A stretch of 64,000 nucleotides of DNA, from assembly GCA_024642725.1 (NCBI GenBank), contig JAHEAO010000002.1, forward strand, positions 8,430 through 72,429. Direction: 5' to 3'. Shown here in pieces: positions 46,345 to 56,088 of the stretch. Made by a program: the position numbers and the translations under genes. The DNA is from Paracoccaceae bacterium. GTDB lineage: Bacteria; Pseudomonadota; Alphaproteobacteria; Rhodobacterales; Rhodobacteraceae. Under the pieces are notes generated by a model. That model worked only from the letters and a program-made list of their open reading frames with translations. It was not told where the DNA came from and made no database searches. Position 1 is the stretch's first letter, and each line of letters opens with the position of its first letter.

Positions 46345-46923
46345 ATGATGCGTTACCAGATCAGCGGCAGGCAAATCGATATCGGTGAAGCGCTTCAGAC
46401 CCACGTTCAGGATGAAATGAACGAAGTTCTGGCCAAGTACGCCGGCCGCCCCACAGATGCCAATGTGATTTTTTCGAAGAGTGCACATGAGTTTATATGC
46501 GAGGCCATCGTGCACCTTTCGACCGGCTTGACGGCTCAAGCCAAAGCCCATTCCACCGAGATTTACAGCGCCTTTGATAAGTGCAACGAGAAACTGGACA
46601 AGCAATTGCGTCGTTACAAGCGGCGCCTGAAGGACCACCACCGAGATCGCCCGGAGCCTGTTGAACTTTCTGGCGCGTCATCCTATATCCTCGCCGCGTC
46701 GGAAGATCTTGATGAGGCAGAGCCAGAATCGCTTCAGCCCATGATCATCGCCGAAATGGAGACGACCGTACCATCGGTCTCTGTTGGCGAAGCGGTCATG
46801 CAGATGGAGCTAGTTGGGGCACCCGTCTTGGTCTTCCGGAATGAAAGGAACAACGGGATCAATGTGGTCTACCGTCGTGAGGACGGGAATATTGGTTGGA
46901 TCGATCCCAAGAACATGACATGA
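46345..46923 (+). CDS. hpf: ribosome hibernation promoting factor (long HPF / sigma-54 modulation protein family)
   Basis: The start is MRYQISGRQIDIGEALQTHV. It has the C-terminal dimerisation domain ...PVLVFRNERNNGINVVYRREDGNIGWI. SD gaaggag. Confidence 0.88.
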   Translation: MMRYQISGRQIDIGEALQTHVQDEMNEVLAKYAGRPTDANVIFSKSAHEFICEAIVHLSTGLTAQAKAHSTEIYSAFDKCNEKLDKQLRRYKRRLKDHHRDRPEPVELSGASSYILAASEDLDEAEPESLQPMIIAEMETTVPSVSVGEAVMQMELVGAPVLVFRNERNNGINVVYRREDGNIGWIDPKNMT

Positions 46924-46963
46924 CGTCTCAATCCTCGGTGATTGACCCAAAAAGCAGCGGAAA

Positions 46964-47428
46964 ATGGAACTATCGAGCATATTGAAGCCTTCGGCTGTCA
47001 AGGTCATTAGCAAGACGTCCAGCAAAAAGCGTCTCTTCCAGGACCTGGGAGAGACCGCTGCATCTGCATTCGGGTTGAATCTCGAGGCCGTCATTGATGC
47101 GTTGCTGGAACGTGAGAGCCTTGGCCCAACAGGTGTTGGGCATGGTGTGGCATTGCCCCATGCGCGCGTTTCAGGTCTGGATCACGTTGTAGGCGTCTTC
47201 GTGCGGCTAGAAAAACCGCTGGATTTCGACGCCGTTGATAGACAACCCGTGGATCTTGTCTTTTCGCTCTTCGCTCCCGTTGATGCCGGGGTAGATCATC
47301 TCAAGGCGCTGGCCCTTGTTTCGCGCACGATGCGGGACGCCGGAATATGCAGCAAATTGCGCGCCAACTCCGACCCTGCGACGCTTCACGCCATCTTGAC
47401 CGCAGGCCAGACGATTCAGGCCGCCTGA
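46964..47428 (+). CDS. ptsN: PTS IIA-like nitrogen regulatory protein
   Basis: The EIIA(Ntr) active-site region is GVGHGVALPHAR. Length 154 aa, downstream of hpf. Confidence 0.88.
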   Translation: MELSSILKPSAVKVISKTSSKKRLFQDLGETAASAFGLNLEAVIDALLERESLGPTGVGHGVALPHARVSGLDHVVGVFVRLEKPLDFDAVDRQPVDLVFSLFAPVDAGVDHLKALALVSRTMRDAGICSKLRANSDPATLHAILTAGQTIQAA

Positions 47429-48855
47429 TCACGTCCTAGCGGTTCAAATCCGAACATCATGTAGTCCTTCTGATATGCTGCCCTCACTGCAGCCTCGACC
47501 TCTTCGTCGTAAATTTCTGCAAGTGATACGGGGCAGTCGATCGTCTCTGGTTGCAAATCAGGCGACTCCTTCCCGAACTTGCCAGCAAGATAAGCTAGAT
47601 CGGACGCAATCTCGTCTTCGCGGAAGACATGATCGGGAATGATGAACTGTCCAATTCCCTTCAATATTTCCGACTGGGAGGCCCAAGCAGCATCAACGCG
47701 AATGCTCGTCTGCGCAGCCAGATTGGATTTCACAAACTCCGCGAACTTCAGAAACGCCCCTCGGTGTGCGTTCCTGTCGTATGTTTGGTCAGGAAAGCTG
47801 TCCGGGATGTCGATGTTACGCGTCTTTCTAAGAGTCTCCCTGATGTCAGAATAACAGTCCGGCCCGGGCAAAAGGATATGCTTTGCGAAAGCCAGATGCA
47901 GGCGCCGGACCGGATGACGAACGACCGAAAAACACTGATGCCTGCCGGATTGCCGTTTCCAGTTGCGCAAGGTTTTTTGCGTGAACCGGTCGTTCATTTC
48001 AGCACCATCGACATCTGCCAATTCCGACATCCATGTCACGATGCTTTCGACCGGCCCGCATTTGATCGGCATGAAAAGCAAGGGCAAATGTGCGATAGTG
48101 ACGTAGCTTGGAACCGAAGGACCCCGGCCAGGCTCAAAGTTCGGCGTTCGCGAAAGATTGAACTGGTCGATCGACGCAAGCGCATTCGACATCTCGTCAT
48201 AGTTTGAGACTTTCTCGTTCAAAGGCTGAGGGTTCTGCTTCTTCGTCGTCTGCGAAGTCGATTTTTTCTGCTCCTCGATGCCAAGAAATCGCGCGAGGCC
48301 ATTCAGCACATCAACTTGTCCTATGTCGTGATAGTCCAGATAAAATGCAGTCTGACCACTGGTCTGAAGCGCCCGCGATAATTCCAGCTGAAAACCATTC
48401 CGGTCTGCCAGATGTCTCTTGAACTCTTCGGGCTCAAACCTGATTTGTGCGGTCTTGGCCCCTTTTCCATCCCCGAGTCGCCACTGCCCTGTCAGACGCG
48501 CGATCTCGAGCGAAACATAGGTTTCTACAGGATTGCGCGTCAGGATGATCTTGGCGCAAGCCGGATCTGCCAGGCAGTGCAACTTGATTCGCGGATCGTG
48601 ATCGTGAAAGAACCGGAAGCCCGGTATTCTTTCGGAGTCTCCACGCATTCGGGACAGCAGCGCAAATGGGTCTGTCTCTCGGTCGCGCAATGATACACCG
48701 AGCAATTCAGTTTGTTTCGCATGGCCAATGAAGTGAGGATTAAAGACTTCACCGTAACAGTGCAGTTCGGAAAAATCGTTCAGGTTCTCCTCGAGGAAAT
48801 TCGATCCCGTTCGCATTCCAGCGAAAATGACAAAATAATTGAAACGCCCTGCCAT
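47416..48855 (-). CDS. two-domain sulfotransferase-like protein (479 aa)
   Basis: The N-terminal half has a PAPS 5-prime-phosphosulfate loop-like FAGMRTGSNFL and a 3-prime-phosphate motif-like LTRNPVETYVS. The C-terminal half has a second set, MPIKCGPVES and VVRHPVRRLHLAF, resembling Sulfotransfer_2-type motifs. Confidence 0.6.
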   Translation of the reverse strand: MAGRFNYFVIFAGMRTGSNFLEENLNDFSELHCYGEVFNPHFIGHAKQTELLGVSLRDRETDPFALLSRMRGDSERIPGFRFFHDHDPRIKLHCLADPACAKIILTRNPVETYVSLEIARLTGQWRLGDGKGAKTAQIRFEPEEFKRHLADRNGFQLELSRALQTSGQTAFYLDYHDIGQVDVLNGLARFLGIEEQKKSTSQTTKKQNPQPLNEKVSNYDEMSNALASIDQFNLSRTPNFEPGRGPSVPSYVTIAHLPLLFMPIKCGPVESIVTWMSELADVDGAEMNDRFTQKTLRNWKRQSGRHQCFSVVRHPVRRLHLAFAKHILLPGPDCYSDIRETLRKTRNIDIPDSFPDQTYDRNAHRGAFLKFAEFVKSNLAAQTSIRVDAAWASQSEILKGIGQFIIPDHVFREDEIASDLAYLAGKFGKESPDLQPETIDCPVSLAEIYDEEVEAAVRAAYQKDYMMFGFEPLGRDQAA

Positions 48856-48861
48856 ATCGAA

Positions 48862-50559
48862 CTAGCGAACCAGATAGGGGCGGCGGCGGTCTTTCAACCG
48901 ACGAGGGTCTTCGTTTTCGACCGGGAAATCACCCATAAGATAGGGCTGCATTCCCTGGTTCTTCAGGTTCCTCAGGAACTGGCCAAATCCTGTCAGGTCT
49001 GACATCTTCGGCACCTCGGTCAACCTTCGCGTACTCCTGACCCCGATCTCATCAATGATTGTCTGTAGCGGCTCCATCGGAGCCTCAATAAACTCGGCCA
49101 TCTTCCAAATCCGAACCCGCGCCTTCGTGTATTGTGAGTTCAGGATATCAAGATGTGCGCTTTCGACTCTTTGCAATCTCGCAGCTTCCCGGCGGATCTC
49201 TGAGAAATTCAGGTTGGAGTGAAACAACGGAACCGCCCAGGCCCCGGATATCACCGATATCTGCGCATTCGTGTCCGTCGACATGAGCCAAGATATCTCC
49301 TGGTTGTCTCGCGGCCCGAACTGAAAGCATTGTCGTTCACCCCGCGTGTTCCAGATCAGGCTGGTCAGGAACCCCTTGGGGTCATAGTCCCGCAGATCCG
49401 CACTATCGCAAAGCGCACCACTGAATAGCGTCTGGTTCCCAGCGAATTCCACGCGCTCCGGTCCGTACAGATGCCCGTGCACCCGAGCACCGGTGACCTT
49501 ACCCAACCAGCCCTCAAAATCCTCAAACAGGTCACTGAAACCCTCGAAGACCGAATAGGAAGCACAAGTCTTGCCGTTCTCGAACCCCTCTCTGGGAAAG
49601 CGGCTCTGCATGTAAAGGCCGGGGCGGCCCTGCGTCCTTCGCTCGACGGCTTTTGCAAAAATGCGGTCGATCTTACCGGGATTTGGTTCCGTTGAAGATG
49701 TACTGACGGGTTCGTCAAACAGGAACGCTTTGTAAAGCTTGTTGGCATTCGGCCAGATCTTTCGGGCAACAAAGCAGTCCGAGCGGCGGAGCAACTGAAG
49801 ATGATCATCATAGAAGATGTGCGGCTTCCCCTGAAAATCGAATTTCGAAAGCGTCAGTGATCGGCTTTCGATATTCGACGAAAACTGCCTTGCTAGGGTC
49901 TGGAAATAGCTCTCATCAGGGATCCATACTTTCGAAAAATACTTATCGTATCGCCGCCGCTCTGGCCCTTCCAGAATGGCGGAAAGAGTCTGTCGAGTAA
50001 GGCACCACCATTGCGACCCGAGGTGGGGAACTATGTCCGCGGGGATACGTCGCTTGAAGCGAATGCGACGCTGGAATTTGACATATCGATCAAAGAGGAA
50101 CCTTTGCCGTTTCCATGAGAAGGGGAACCGCAATGTGAATCTTTCCGCGTCGAGCCCACCGATTGTCCAGTGGACTTCGTCCGTCGTCACCGACTCGATA
50201 AAGTCTGTCCTCGGATGGCGTGCTAGATAATCCCTCAGCTCCTGTATCGGGCGCAGCGGCAGGCAAGAGCCAGAGGCGAGGTAAACATGCTCGACGTCGG
50301 GAAATGCCGAAAGCATCAACTCACTCGCCGTCTGGGTGGCAGCCACCAGCGCCCAACTACCCCATTCACATCTGTGACGAACCGAAAACCGGATATCGGC
50401 AAGGTCTGAAAGGTCGCTTACCAATTTGTCATATGTCTCGCGGTCAACACGACGATCGACATGGATGACAACCGGACAACCTTCCCTTGCCCAATGCCGG
50501 GCGACCTGTTCGGCGCGGTCCACTGCATCGTGAACCAGCATCACTATGCCGACGCTCAC
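48862..50559 (-). CDS. GT14-like (Core-2/I-branching family) glycosyltransferase with about 290-aa unassigned C-terminal extension
   Basis: The N-terminus IVMLVHDAVDRAEQVARHWAREGCPVVIHVDRRVD...WGSWALVAATQ resembles the Branch domain. GTG start overlaps the upstream stop (GTGA). Confidence 0.55.
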   Translation of the reverse strand: MSVGIVMLVHDAVDRAEQVARHWAREGCPVVIHVDRRVDRETYDKLVSDLSDLADIRFSVRHRCEWGSWALVAATQTASELMLSAFPDVEHVYLASGSCLPLRPIQELRDYLARHPRTDFIESVTTDEVHWTIGGLDAERFTLRFPFSWKRQRFLFDRYVKFQRRIRFKRRIPADIVPHLGSQWWCLTRQTLSAILEGPERRRYDKYFSKVWIPDESYFQTLARQFSSNIESRSLTLSKFDFQGKPHIFYDDHLQLLRRSDCFVARKIWPNANKLYKAFLFDEPVSTSSTEPNPGKIDRIFAKAVERRTQGRPGLYMQSRFPREGFENGKTCASYSVFEGFSDLFEDFEGWLGKVTGARVHGHLYGPERVEFAGNQTLFSGALCDSADLRDYDPKGFLTSLIWNTRGERQCFQFGPRDNQEISWLMSTDTNAQISVISGAWAVPLFHSNLNFSEIRREAARLQRVESAHLDILNSQYTKARVRIWKMAEFIEAPMEPLQTIIDEIGVRSTRRLTEVPKMSDLTGFGQFLRNLKNQGMQPYLMGDFPVENEDPRRLKDRRRPYLVR

Positions 50560-51584
50560 GCCCAGTTTCCTTTCGACATCAGCCCGAGAATTTCAAGCTG
50601 CCGCCAGTTGATGTATTTCTCGGACCATTTGCACCAAACCTCGGGGCTTTCCTTCAAACGGTCGTGGTAGGCTTGGTATTCCTTGCCACTGGCGAAATGC
50701 TGCTTTCGCTTCAATTCCTCTTCGGACTTGGAAATGAATGTATTCAAGAACTTGGCGTGCAGAAGGCAGCCTGATATCTTCTCGCCACCCCACTCGTCGT
50801 AGACTTGGTTAAGACCGCGGGGAAGCAGCATATGTGTCGAACTCACAAAAGCATATTTGCGATCCCATTTCACCAAAGGTATCTTGTTCAGCGCTGGTGC
50901 GCGCTCTGGACTGTCAGCAAAAAATATTCGGGCTCTGGGCCCGCCCTGTATCCAGAGATTGCCATAGCGGTCGTTTCTGGAAATCATGTAGTTGCCGCTG
51001 TCGAACCACGACGCGATTTCGAAAGGGTCGCGACCTGCCGAATATGGATCGTCCTGCAACGAACCTTTCGGATACATGTCCAGCATCATCGCACCAAAGC
51101 TGCGGATGGAAGACGCGTCCAGCCAGTCTGTAAGGGCACGAATGGGACGCGTGTCGCAGAACGGGTAAACGAAGAATTCATCGACATCGACGACCAGACA
51201 CCAATGCTGATGCGCATAGCGCATCTGTAGGTAGTTCAACCAATCGACGCCAAAACGCGCCCTCTTGTAGCTGGCGTTGCTGTACCAAATCGAAACGTCT
51301 TCCTGCCCGAGCAGGGACTGAAGTGAACCGTCATCAGAATCGTTGTCGACGAAGAAGAAATGATTGATGCCGAGCGCCCGGTAATAGCTGATGAAGAACG
51401 GCAATCGGATGCGTTCGTTTCTCATCGTCACAAACAGCAGGATATCACCCTTACGAATACTATTGGTGTTGTCTTGGACGATCTCCAACTCTCGGCGCTT
51501 GCGCAAGGCACGAACCAACCAGCGCCTCCGCTCTAAACGCAATCGATATGATTGAAGCGCGCCCAATACAGCCTCGTTATTCAC
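50556..51584 (-). CDS. GT-A fold glycosyltransferase (GT2-like, Glyco_tranf_2_4-type)
   Basis: ILLFVTMRNERIRLPFFISYYRALGINHFFFVDNDSDDGS plus the DxD-like VVDVDEF. GTG start. Confidence 0.6.
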   Translation of the reverse strand: MNNEAVLGALQSYRLRLERRRWLVRALRKRRELEIVQDNTNSIRKGDILLFVTMRNERIRLPFFISYYRALGINHFFFVDNDSDDGSLQSLLGQEDVSIWYSNASYKRARFGVDWLNYLQMRYAHQHWCLVVDVDEFFVYPFCDTRPIRALTDWLDASSIRSFGAMMLDMYPKGSLQDDPYSAGRDPFEIASWFDSGNYMISRNDRYGNLWIQGGPRARIFFADSPERAPALNKIPLVKWDRKYAFVSSTHMLLPRGLNQVYDEWGGEKISGCLLHAKFLNTFISKSEEELKRKQHFASGKEYQAYHDRLKESPEVWCKWSEKYINWRQLEILGLMSKGNWA

Positions 51585-51614
51585 CTATGTCGACATAACA
51601 CCAACCGACAGATA

Positions 51615-52871
51615 TCAAAGTGCATTTAATGCAATGTTGAAGTGATCTTCCCATGTCGGGAGCCTGTCTGGCAGCCTGTCGAGATGGTTATTCTTGTTCC
51701 CGTATTTCCTACAATCGGTAAATTCTCTTATTGTTGTTTCCCAAACATAGCTATCGGTAGCGTTCAGGTAAACGGGATAGTCCTTCAGAAACTCACGGTA
51801 GACGGGCAAATCCGAACAGAAGACGGGGACGCCAGTCAGCGCAGCCTCTGCAGGCGGAAGCCCGAACCCCTCTGCAAGACTGGGGAACAACAGCCCACGA
51901 GATCTTTGTAGGAGGGCCGCAACGCCTCCATCGGAAAGGTCATTGAGTTCGACAACATGCGCGGGCCTGCTGTCCAGCCGCCAAAAGACGCTTTCGTTCT
52001 TCCAGCCGCGCTGGCCGACGACGAAGAGTGTCGGCACTTCCGGCCCGTCACCCAGCCTCTGCCAGACGTCCAAAAGTAACTCATGGTTCTTTCGCGGCTC
52101 TATCGTGCCGAGCGTCACGAAATAGGGCCGAGACAGGTCGAGTCCCCCCGGCAATTGGCTTGGCATTGCGGGGGTAGCGGTAATTCCTAGATGTGCGACT
52201 TTGCATTCAGGTGTGCGGCCAAGCCGTTCGAAATGTGTCTCGGCTTTCATCCTGCAATCCGCGCTCGGACATATGACCGCATCAGCGAACGCGCTGACGA
52301 CTTCAAGCTTCTCTCGGAAAGCATGCGTAGTCTCGTTTCGTTGGAGCTGTGGAAAGTCCAGCGGAATGGTGTCGTGCAACAGGACCAGAATACTGGAGGC
52401 ATTGACCAAATCTATCGCCTTGAAGACATCTCTTCGAATGTTGGAATGCCCCACATTGATATATCGAAGCTTCGCACCACAGCGGGACTGTAGCAGGTCG
52501 GCAAGGCCCGGCGCACCGCACCGCCCAATTCTAAGCCGCCGGATGTCCGACAGCGCCGCCTGGAGCATGTTCGAGTGACGCCAATAGACCCGAGAGAGCA
52601 GATCACGTGAACCCCAGCGGGTGCGGCCATCGAACCGTGCGAGGAGTTGCGAAATTCCGACTGCGTCAATCAGATGAAATTCGCTTCCAGCATTGACCAG
52701 CGCGAAGACCGGAACCTTGCATTCTGAGAGTTTCCGCAGATAGGCAAGTTCTACCCGATCGATGCCCGTCATCGGACCACGCCCAACACGGGAGATCAGC
52801 CGTGTCAGATCCAGGCAAATGGGCCCAGAGCTATCTTTCGTAATGTCCATTCTGGTGCCAGCGCCAGGCAT
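51615..52871 (-). CDS. GT-B glycosyltransferase (GT4 family)
   Basis: The C-terminal motif is LLFPSLAEGFGLPPAEAALTGVPVFCSDLPVYREF (E-x7-E region). The start is ATG 52871 or 52850; both overlap the galE 3-prime end. Confidence 0.8.
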   Translation of the reverse strand: MPGAGTRMDITKDSSGPICLDLTRLISRVGRGPMTGIDRVELAYLRKLSECKVPVFALVNAGSEFHLIDAVGISQLLARFDGRTRWGSRDLLSRVYWRHSNMLQAALSDIRRLRIGRCGAPGLADLLQSRCGAKLRYINVGHSNIRRDVFKAIDLVNASSILVLLHDTIPLDFPQLQRNETTHAFREKLEVVSAFADAVICPSADCRMKAETHFERLGRTPECKVAHLGITATPAMPSQLPGGLDLSRPYFVTLGTIEPRKNHELLLDVWQRLGDGPEVPTLFVVGQRGWKNESVFWRLDSRPAHVVELNDLSDGGVAALLQRSRGLLFPSLAEGFGLPPAEAALTGVPVFCSDLPVYREFLKDYPVYLNATDSYVWETTIREFTDCRKYGNKNNHLDRLPDRLPTWEDHFNIALNAL

Positions 52872-53829
52872 CGGAAATCATCGCTTTCAGGTCCGATCGC
52901 TTGGGGGACCAGCCAAGTTCCTTTTCAGCGCGCACACTTCCTGACACGAGCTTCGAGCAATCTCCCGGCCGTCGCGCGCCCTCGACTGTTGCGACCGGCA
53001 GGTTCGTTACCGTCCCACTATGTTGTATGACTTCCCTGACAGAAAAGCCGTGCCCTGAACCGAGGTTGAAGACCCGACTCTTTTTCCCACTGTCTAGCCA
53101 TTTCAGCCCAAGAACATGGGCATCAACCAGGTCCATCACATGCACATAGTCCCTTATGCATGTCCCATCCGGCGTATCGTAGTCGGTTCCGTAAATCGTC
53201 AGCGCTGGCCGCTTGCCCTGCACAACGTCCAGCATGACAGGAATGAGATGAGTCTCCGGTCGGTGAAACTCGCCAACTTCCCCGTCCGGGTCGGCGCCCG
53301 CGACGTTGAAGTATCGAAAGGTCACATGCCGCAATCCGTGGCTGTCGCCGAAATTCACCAGCATGTCCTCGATCGCCCGCTTTGACGCGCCGTATGCATT
53401 TGTCGGGCTTTGTGGTGTGTCCTCATCCAGCACAACATTGTCGTGCTCGCCATAGGTCGCACAGGTCGACGAAAACACGAACTGCAGACAGCCTGCCGCA
53501 ACCGCAGCTTCAATCAGGCAAAGCGACCCGCAAACATTGTTGTGCCAGTACTTGCCCGGCTTGTGCATCGCCTCGCCAACTTGGCTGAGAGCGGCAAAAT
53601 GCATGACCGCAATAGGTGCATAGGTTGAAAAAACAGCGTCAAGCCGGTCACGATCCAAAAGATCACCGGGCTCAAACGGCCCGAACTTAACCGCATCCCT
53701 CCAACCCGTCACAAGGTTGTCGTAAGTAACTGGAATATATCCCGCAGCACTCAAAACCTTGCAGGCGTGGGACCCGATGTACCCCGCACCGCCTGTGACC
53801 AGAACATGTTTTCCCTTGGCGCTTGTCAC
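52831..53829 (-). CDS. galE: UDP-glucose 4-epimerase
   Basis: VLVTGGAGYIGSH, catalytic YGASKRAIE, 332 aa, GTG start. Confidence 0.9.
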   Translation of the reverse strand: MTSAKGKHVLVTGGAGYIGSHACKVLSAAGYIPVTYDNLVTGWRDAVKFGPFEPGDLLDRDRLDAVFSTYAPIAVMHFAALSQVGEAMHKPGKYWHNNVCGSLCLIEAAVAAGCLQFVFSSTCATYGEHDNVVLDEDTPQSPTNAYGASKRAIEDMLVNFGDSHGLRHVTFRYFNVAGADPDGEVGEFHRPETHLIPVMLDVVQGKRPALTIYGTDYDTPDGTCIRDYVHVMDLVDAHVLGLKWLDSGKKSRVFNLGSGHGFSVREVIQHSGTVTNLPVATVEGARRPGDCSKLVSGSVRAEKELGWSPKRSDLKAMISDAWRWHQNGHYER

Positions 53830-53832
53830 AAC

Positions 53833-54726
53833 CTATTGCGCAGCGTTCGGCAGAGCTATCATTTCACGAAGGTACTGGGCGAACTCATCCCTCAACTCTT
53901 CCCTGGCGAGACCGAAAGAAACTGTCGCCTGAAGGAAACCCGCTTTAGAACCGCAGTCGAACCTCTCTCCTCGGAACCGGAAACCAAATACGTCCCGGTC
54001 GTTTCGGATTTCTTCTGCGATCGCATCTGTCAATTGAATCTCTCCACCGGCACCACTACGGATGCGATTGAGGTTCTGCAGAACTTTCGGAGTCAAAATG
54101 TAGCGTCCAATAACGGCAAGGTTCGACGGTGCGGTTCCCGGTGCTGGCTTTTCCACCATGCCCTTGATCGAGACCATCGATCCCAAGTCTTCCTTAACGT
54201 CGAGAACCCCATATGAGGATGCCGCTTCAGGCGGAACCTCCATGGCGGCAACCATGCAACCGCCAGTCTCCTGATACGCTTCAACCATCTGCTCTAGGCA
54301 CGGGGTCTCGGCGGCAATGACGTCATCCGGGAGGATCACCGCAAATGGTTCATTCGCGATCAGTCGGCGCGCGCACCAGACAGCATGGCCAAGCCCAAGC
54401 GCACGATGCTGACGGATGTAGGCAATCGCGCCACTGTCCATATTTGTGTTCTGCAGGACTTCAAGAAGTTCGTCTTTGCCCTTCTTGCGCAGCGAGGCCT
54501 CGAGCTCGGGCGCGTGGTCAAAATAATCTTCCAGTGCGCCCTTGCCGCGCGACGTAACGAATATGAACTCTTTGATACCGGCTGCCCTTGCTTCGTCGAT
54601 GGCATATTGGATCAGGGGGCGATCCACCAAGGTCATGATTTCCTTTGGAATCGACTTCGTCGCAGGAAGAAAGCGCGTGCCAAGCCCTGCCACGGGAAAT
54701 ATTGCCTTGGTTACTCTGCGCTTCAT
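53833..54726 (-). CDS. galU: UTP--glucose-1-phosphate uridylyltransferase
   Basis: The start is MKRRVTKAIFPVAGLGTRFLPATKSIPKEI, with the motif ...VEKP... ATG 54726 is preceded by ggggga. Confidence 0.9.
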   Translation of the reverse strand: MKRRVTKAIFPVAGLGTRFLPATKSIPKEIMTLVDRPLIQYAIDEARAAGIKEFIFVTSRGKGALEDYFDHAPELEASLRKKGKDELLEVLQNTNMDSGAIAYIRQHRALGLGHAVWCARRLIANEPFAVILPDDVIAAETPCLEQMVEAYQETGGCMVAAMEVPPEAASSYGVLDVKEDLGSMVSIKGMVEKPAPGTAPSNLAVIGRYILTPKVLQNLNRIRSGAGGEIQLTDAIAEEIRNDRDVFGFRFRGERFDCGSKAGFLQATVSFGLAREELRDEFAQYLREMIALPNAAQ

Positions 54727-54813
54727 ACTATGTCCCCCGATACCCGGTTTCGCATTTACAATCACTTGTTAGTCAAATTCGATTAGTCTTCGTTTGTGGC
54801 TAAATTGTAAAGA

Positions 54814-56088
54814 TTATAGGGTATTTTTCGATAACAATCCAACGAGATGAGCGGTATTCCGTGGATCGCGTTGCGAAGCAACACGATGTGTTTCTTTTTT
54901 CAGCCTTTGTTTCAATCCAGTGAACAAAAAGAAAGGCCCGCTACGTTCAGACCGTCCGAATAGCCCGCCTTTCTGCTCCCAATGGCCGTCAGAATAGGAC
55001 ACCCGGTGATATCGGCTCGTGGCACTGAAAATATAGAGCGACACGATGGCCCCCTGCCTTACGCTTTCTCTTGCCATTCGCCGCAACCCCGGTGCTCTGC
55101 TCCGAAATCCACAGATCACTTCGTGACGATAGTCTGCCGATGCTTGTCGGAACCTTCGGAAATCGCGATCCTTCCTAGGTATCGCCGGCGCCGGCGAAAT
55201 CGCACGGCCCGAACCTTCTGAAATGCCCGCCCTAAGCGTTGTCATGACTCTTTCCACATCTCTGGGTTCACAATTCCCAGCGACAAGATGTCTGATCAGC
55301 AAGCGTCGCTGGATGCCGCAAAAGTCTTCCATCACGGCGTCACGTTCCGCGTCCGGCGCATATTTCCTCAGGAAAATCACCTGGCTCGCACCAACTTCAA
55401 GAAGTGACCTCGGCATCCGGGATTTCTTGCGCGTCGCCGAAGCTTCGACACCGTGATGAACTTCGGCTCTCGGCACGATCGCGGTTTTCCGGTTTTGTAC
55501 CGCAAGGCGCATGTTTAGGTCCGTTTCATCAAGATAGTACCTGTAGGCAGGGTCAAATCCGCCGATTTCGCAGAAGATGTCGCGCCGGAAGGCGCAATTG
55601 GTCCCTTGGGTCTTGATCGCCATGCCGGGCCGACCCGAAAAGACCTCGATGTCATCTGAGGAAAGTGGCAGTACGGTCGTATAACCGAATTCATCAACGG
55701 CTTGCCCCTTTGACTGGAAAGAGATTCCATTTCTTCCTCGAACGTAGCCGCCTGCAGCAGCAACGTCGGGATCGGCGAATGCCTGCACAAGATGACATAG
55801 CCAGCCCGGTTCAGGCACCGCGTCGTCATCAAGAAAGGCGACGATCTCCCCTGCTGCATGGGCAAGACCTTCGTTGCGCGCCAAAGAAATATTGGCCTCG
55901 TCGAACTCGACGATCTTAATCTGGTCGGCAAACGGCATGCCTCGAACCGCGGCGGCCGCCGCCGGATCCACGACGCTTACCACTTCGAACAGTCTGTAAA
56001 TCAGTTGCGAAGCGGCTGTCAGGCAACGCCGGAGCGAGTCCGGCCGACCCCGGCTTACGATGATGACACTGACAGTGGGTTCGATCAT
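54814..56088 (-). CDS. GT2-family glycosyltransferase with long C-terminal extension
   Basis: VSVIIVSRGRPDSLRRCL ... AFLDDDAVPEPGWL (DxD). ATG 56088 overlaps the kdsB stop in ATGA. Confidence 0.8.
   Translation of the reverse strand: MIEPTVSVIIVSRGRPDSLRRCLTAASQLIYRLFEVVSVVDPAAAAAVRGMPFADQIKIVEFDEANISLARNEGLAHAAGEIVAFLDDDAVPEPGWLCHLVQAFADPDVAAAGGYVRGRNGISFQSKGQAVDEFGYTTVLPLSSDDIEVFSGRPGMAIKTQGTNCAFRRDIFCEIGGFDPAYRYYLDETDLNMRLAVQNRKTAIVPRAEVHHGVEASATRKKSRMPRSLLEVGASQVIFLRKYAPDAERDAVMEDFCGIQRRLLIRHLVAGNCEPRDVERVMTTLRAGISEGSGRAISPAPAIPRKDRDFRRFRQASADYRHEVICGFRSRAPGLRRMARESVRQGAIVSLYIFSATSRYHRVSYSDGHWEQKGGLFGRSERSGPFFLFTGLKQRLKKETHRVASQRDPRNTAHLVGLLSKNTL

Noticed and set aside
46148-46345. 65-aa ORF in the lptB-hpf gap, considered as an rpoN remnant or small gene
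   Set aside because: It has a TTG start, no SD and no similarity to any part of sigma-54. It runs into the hpf SD and start, so it is more likely non-coding leader.
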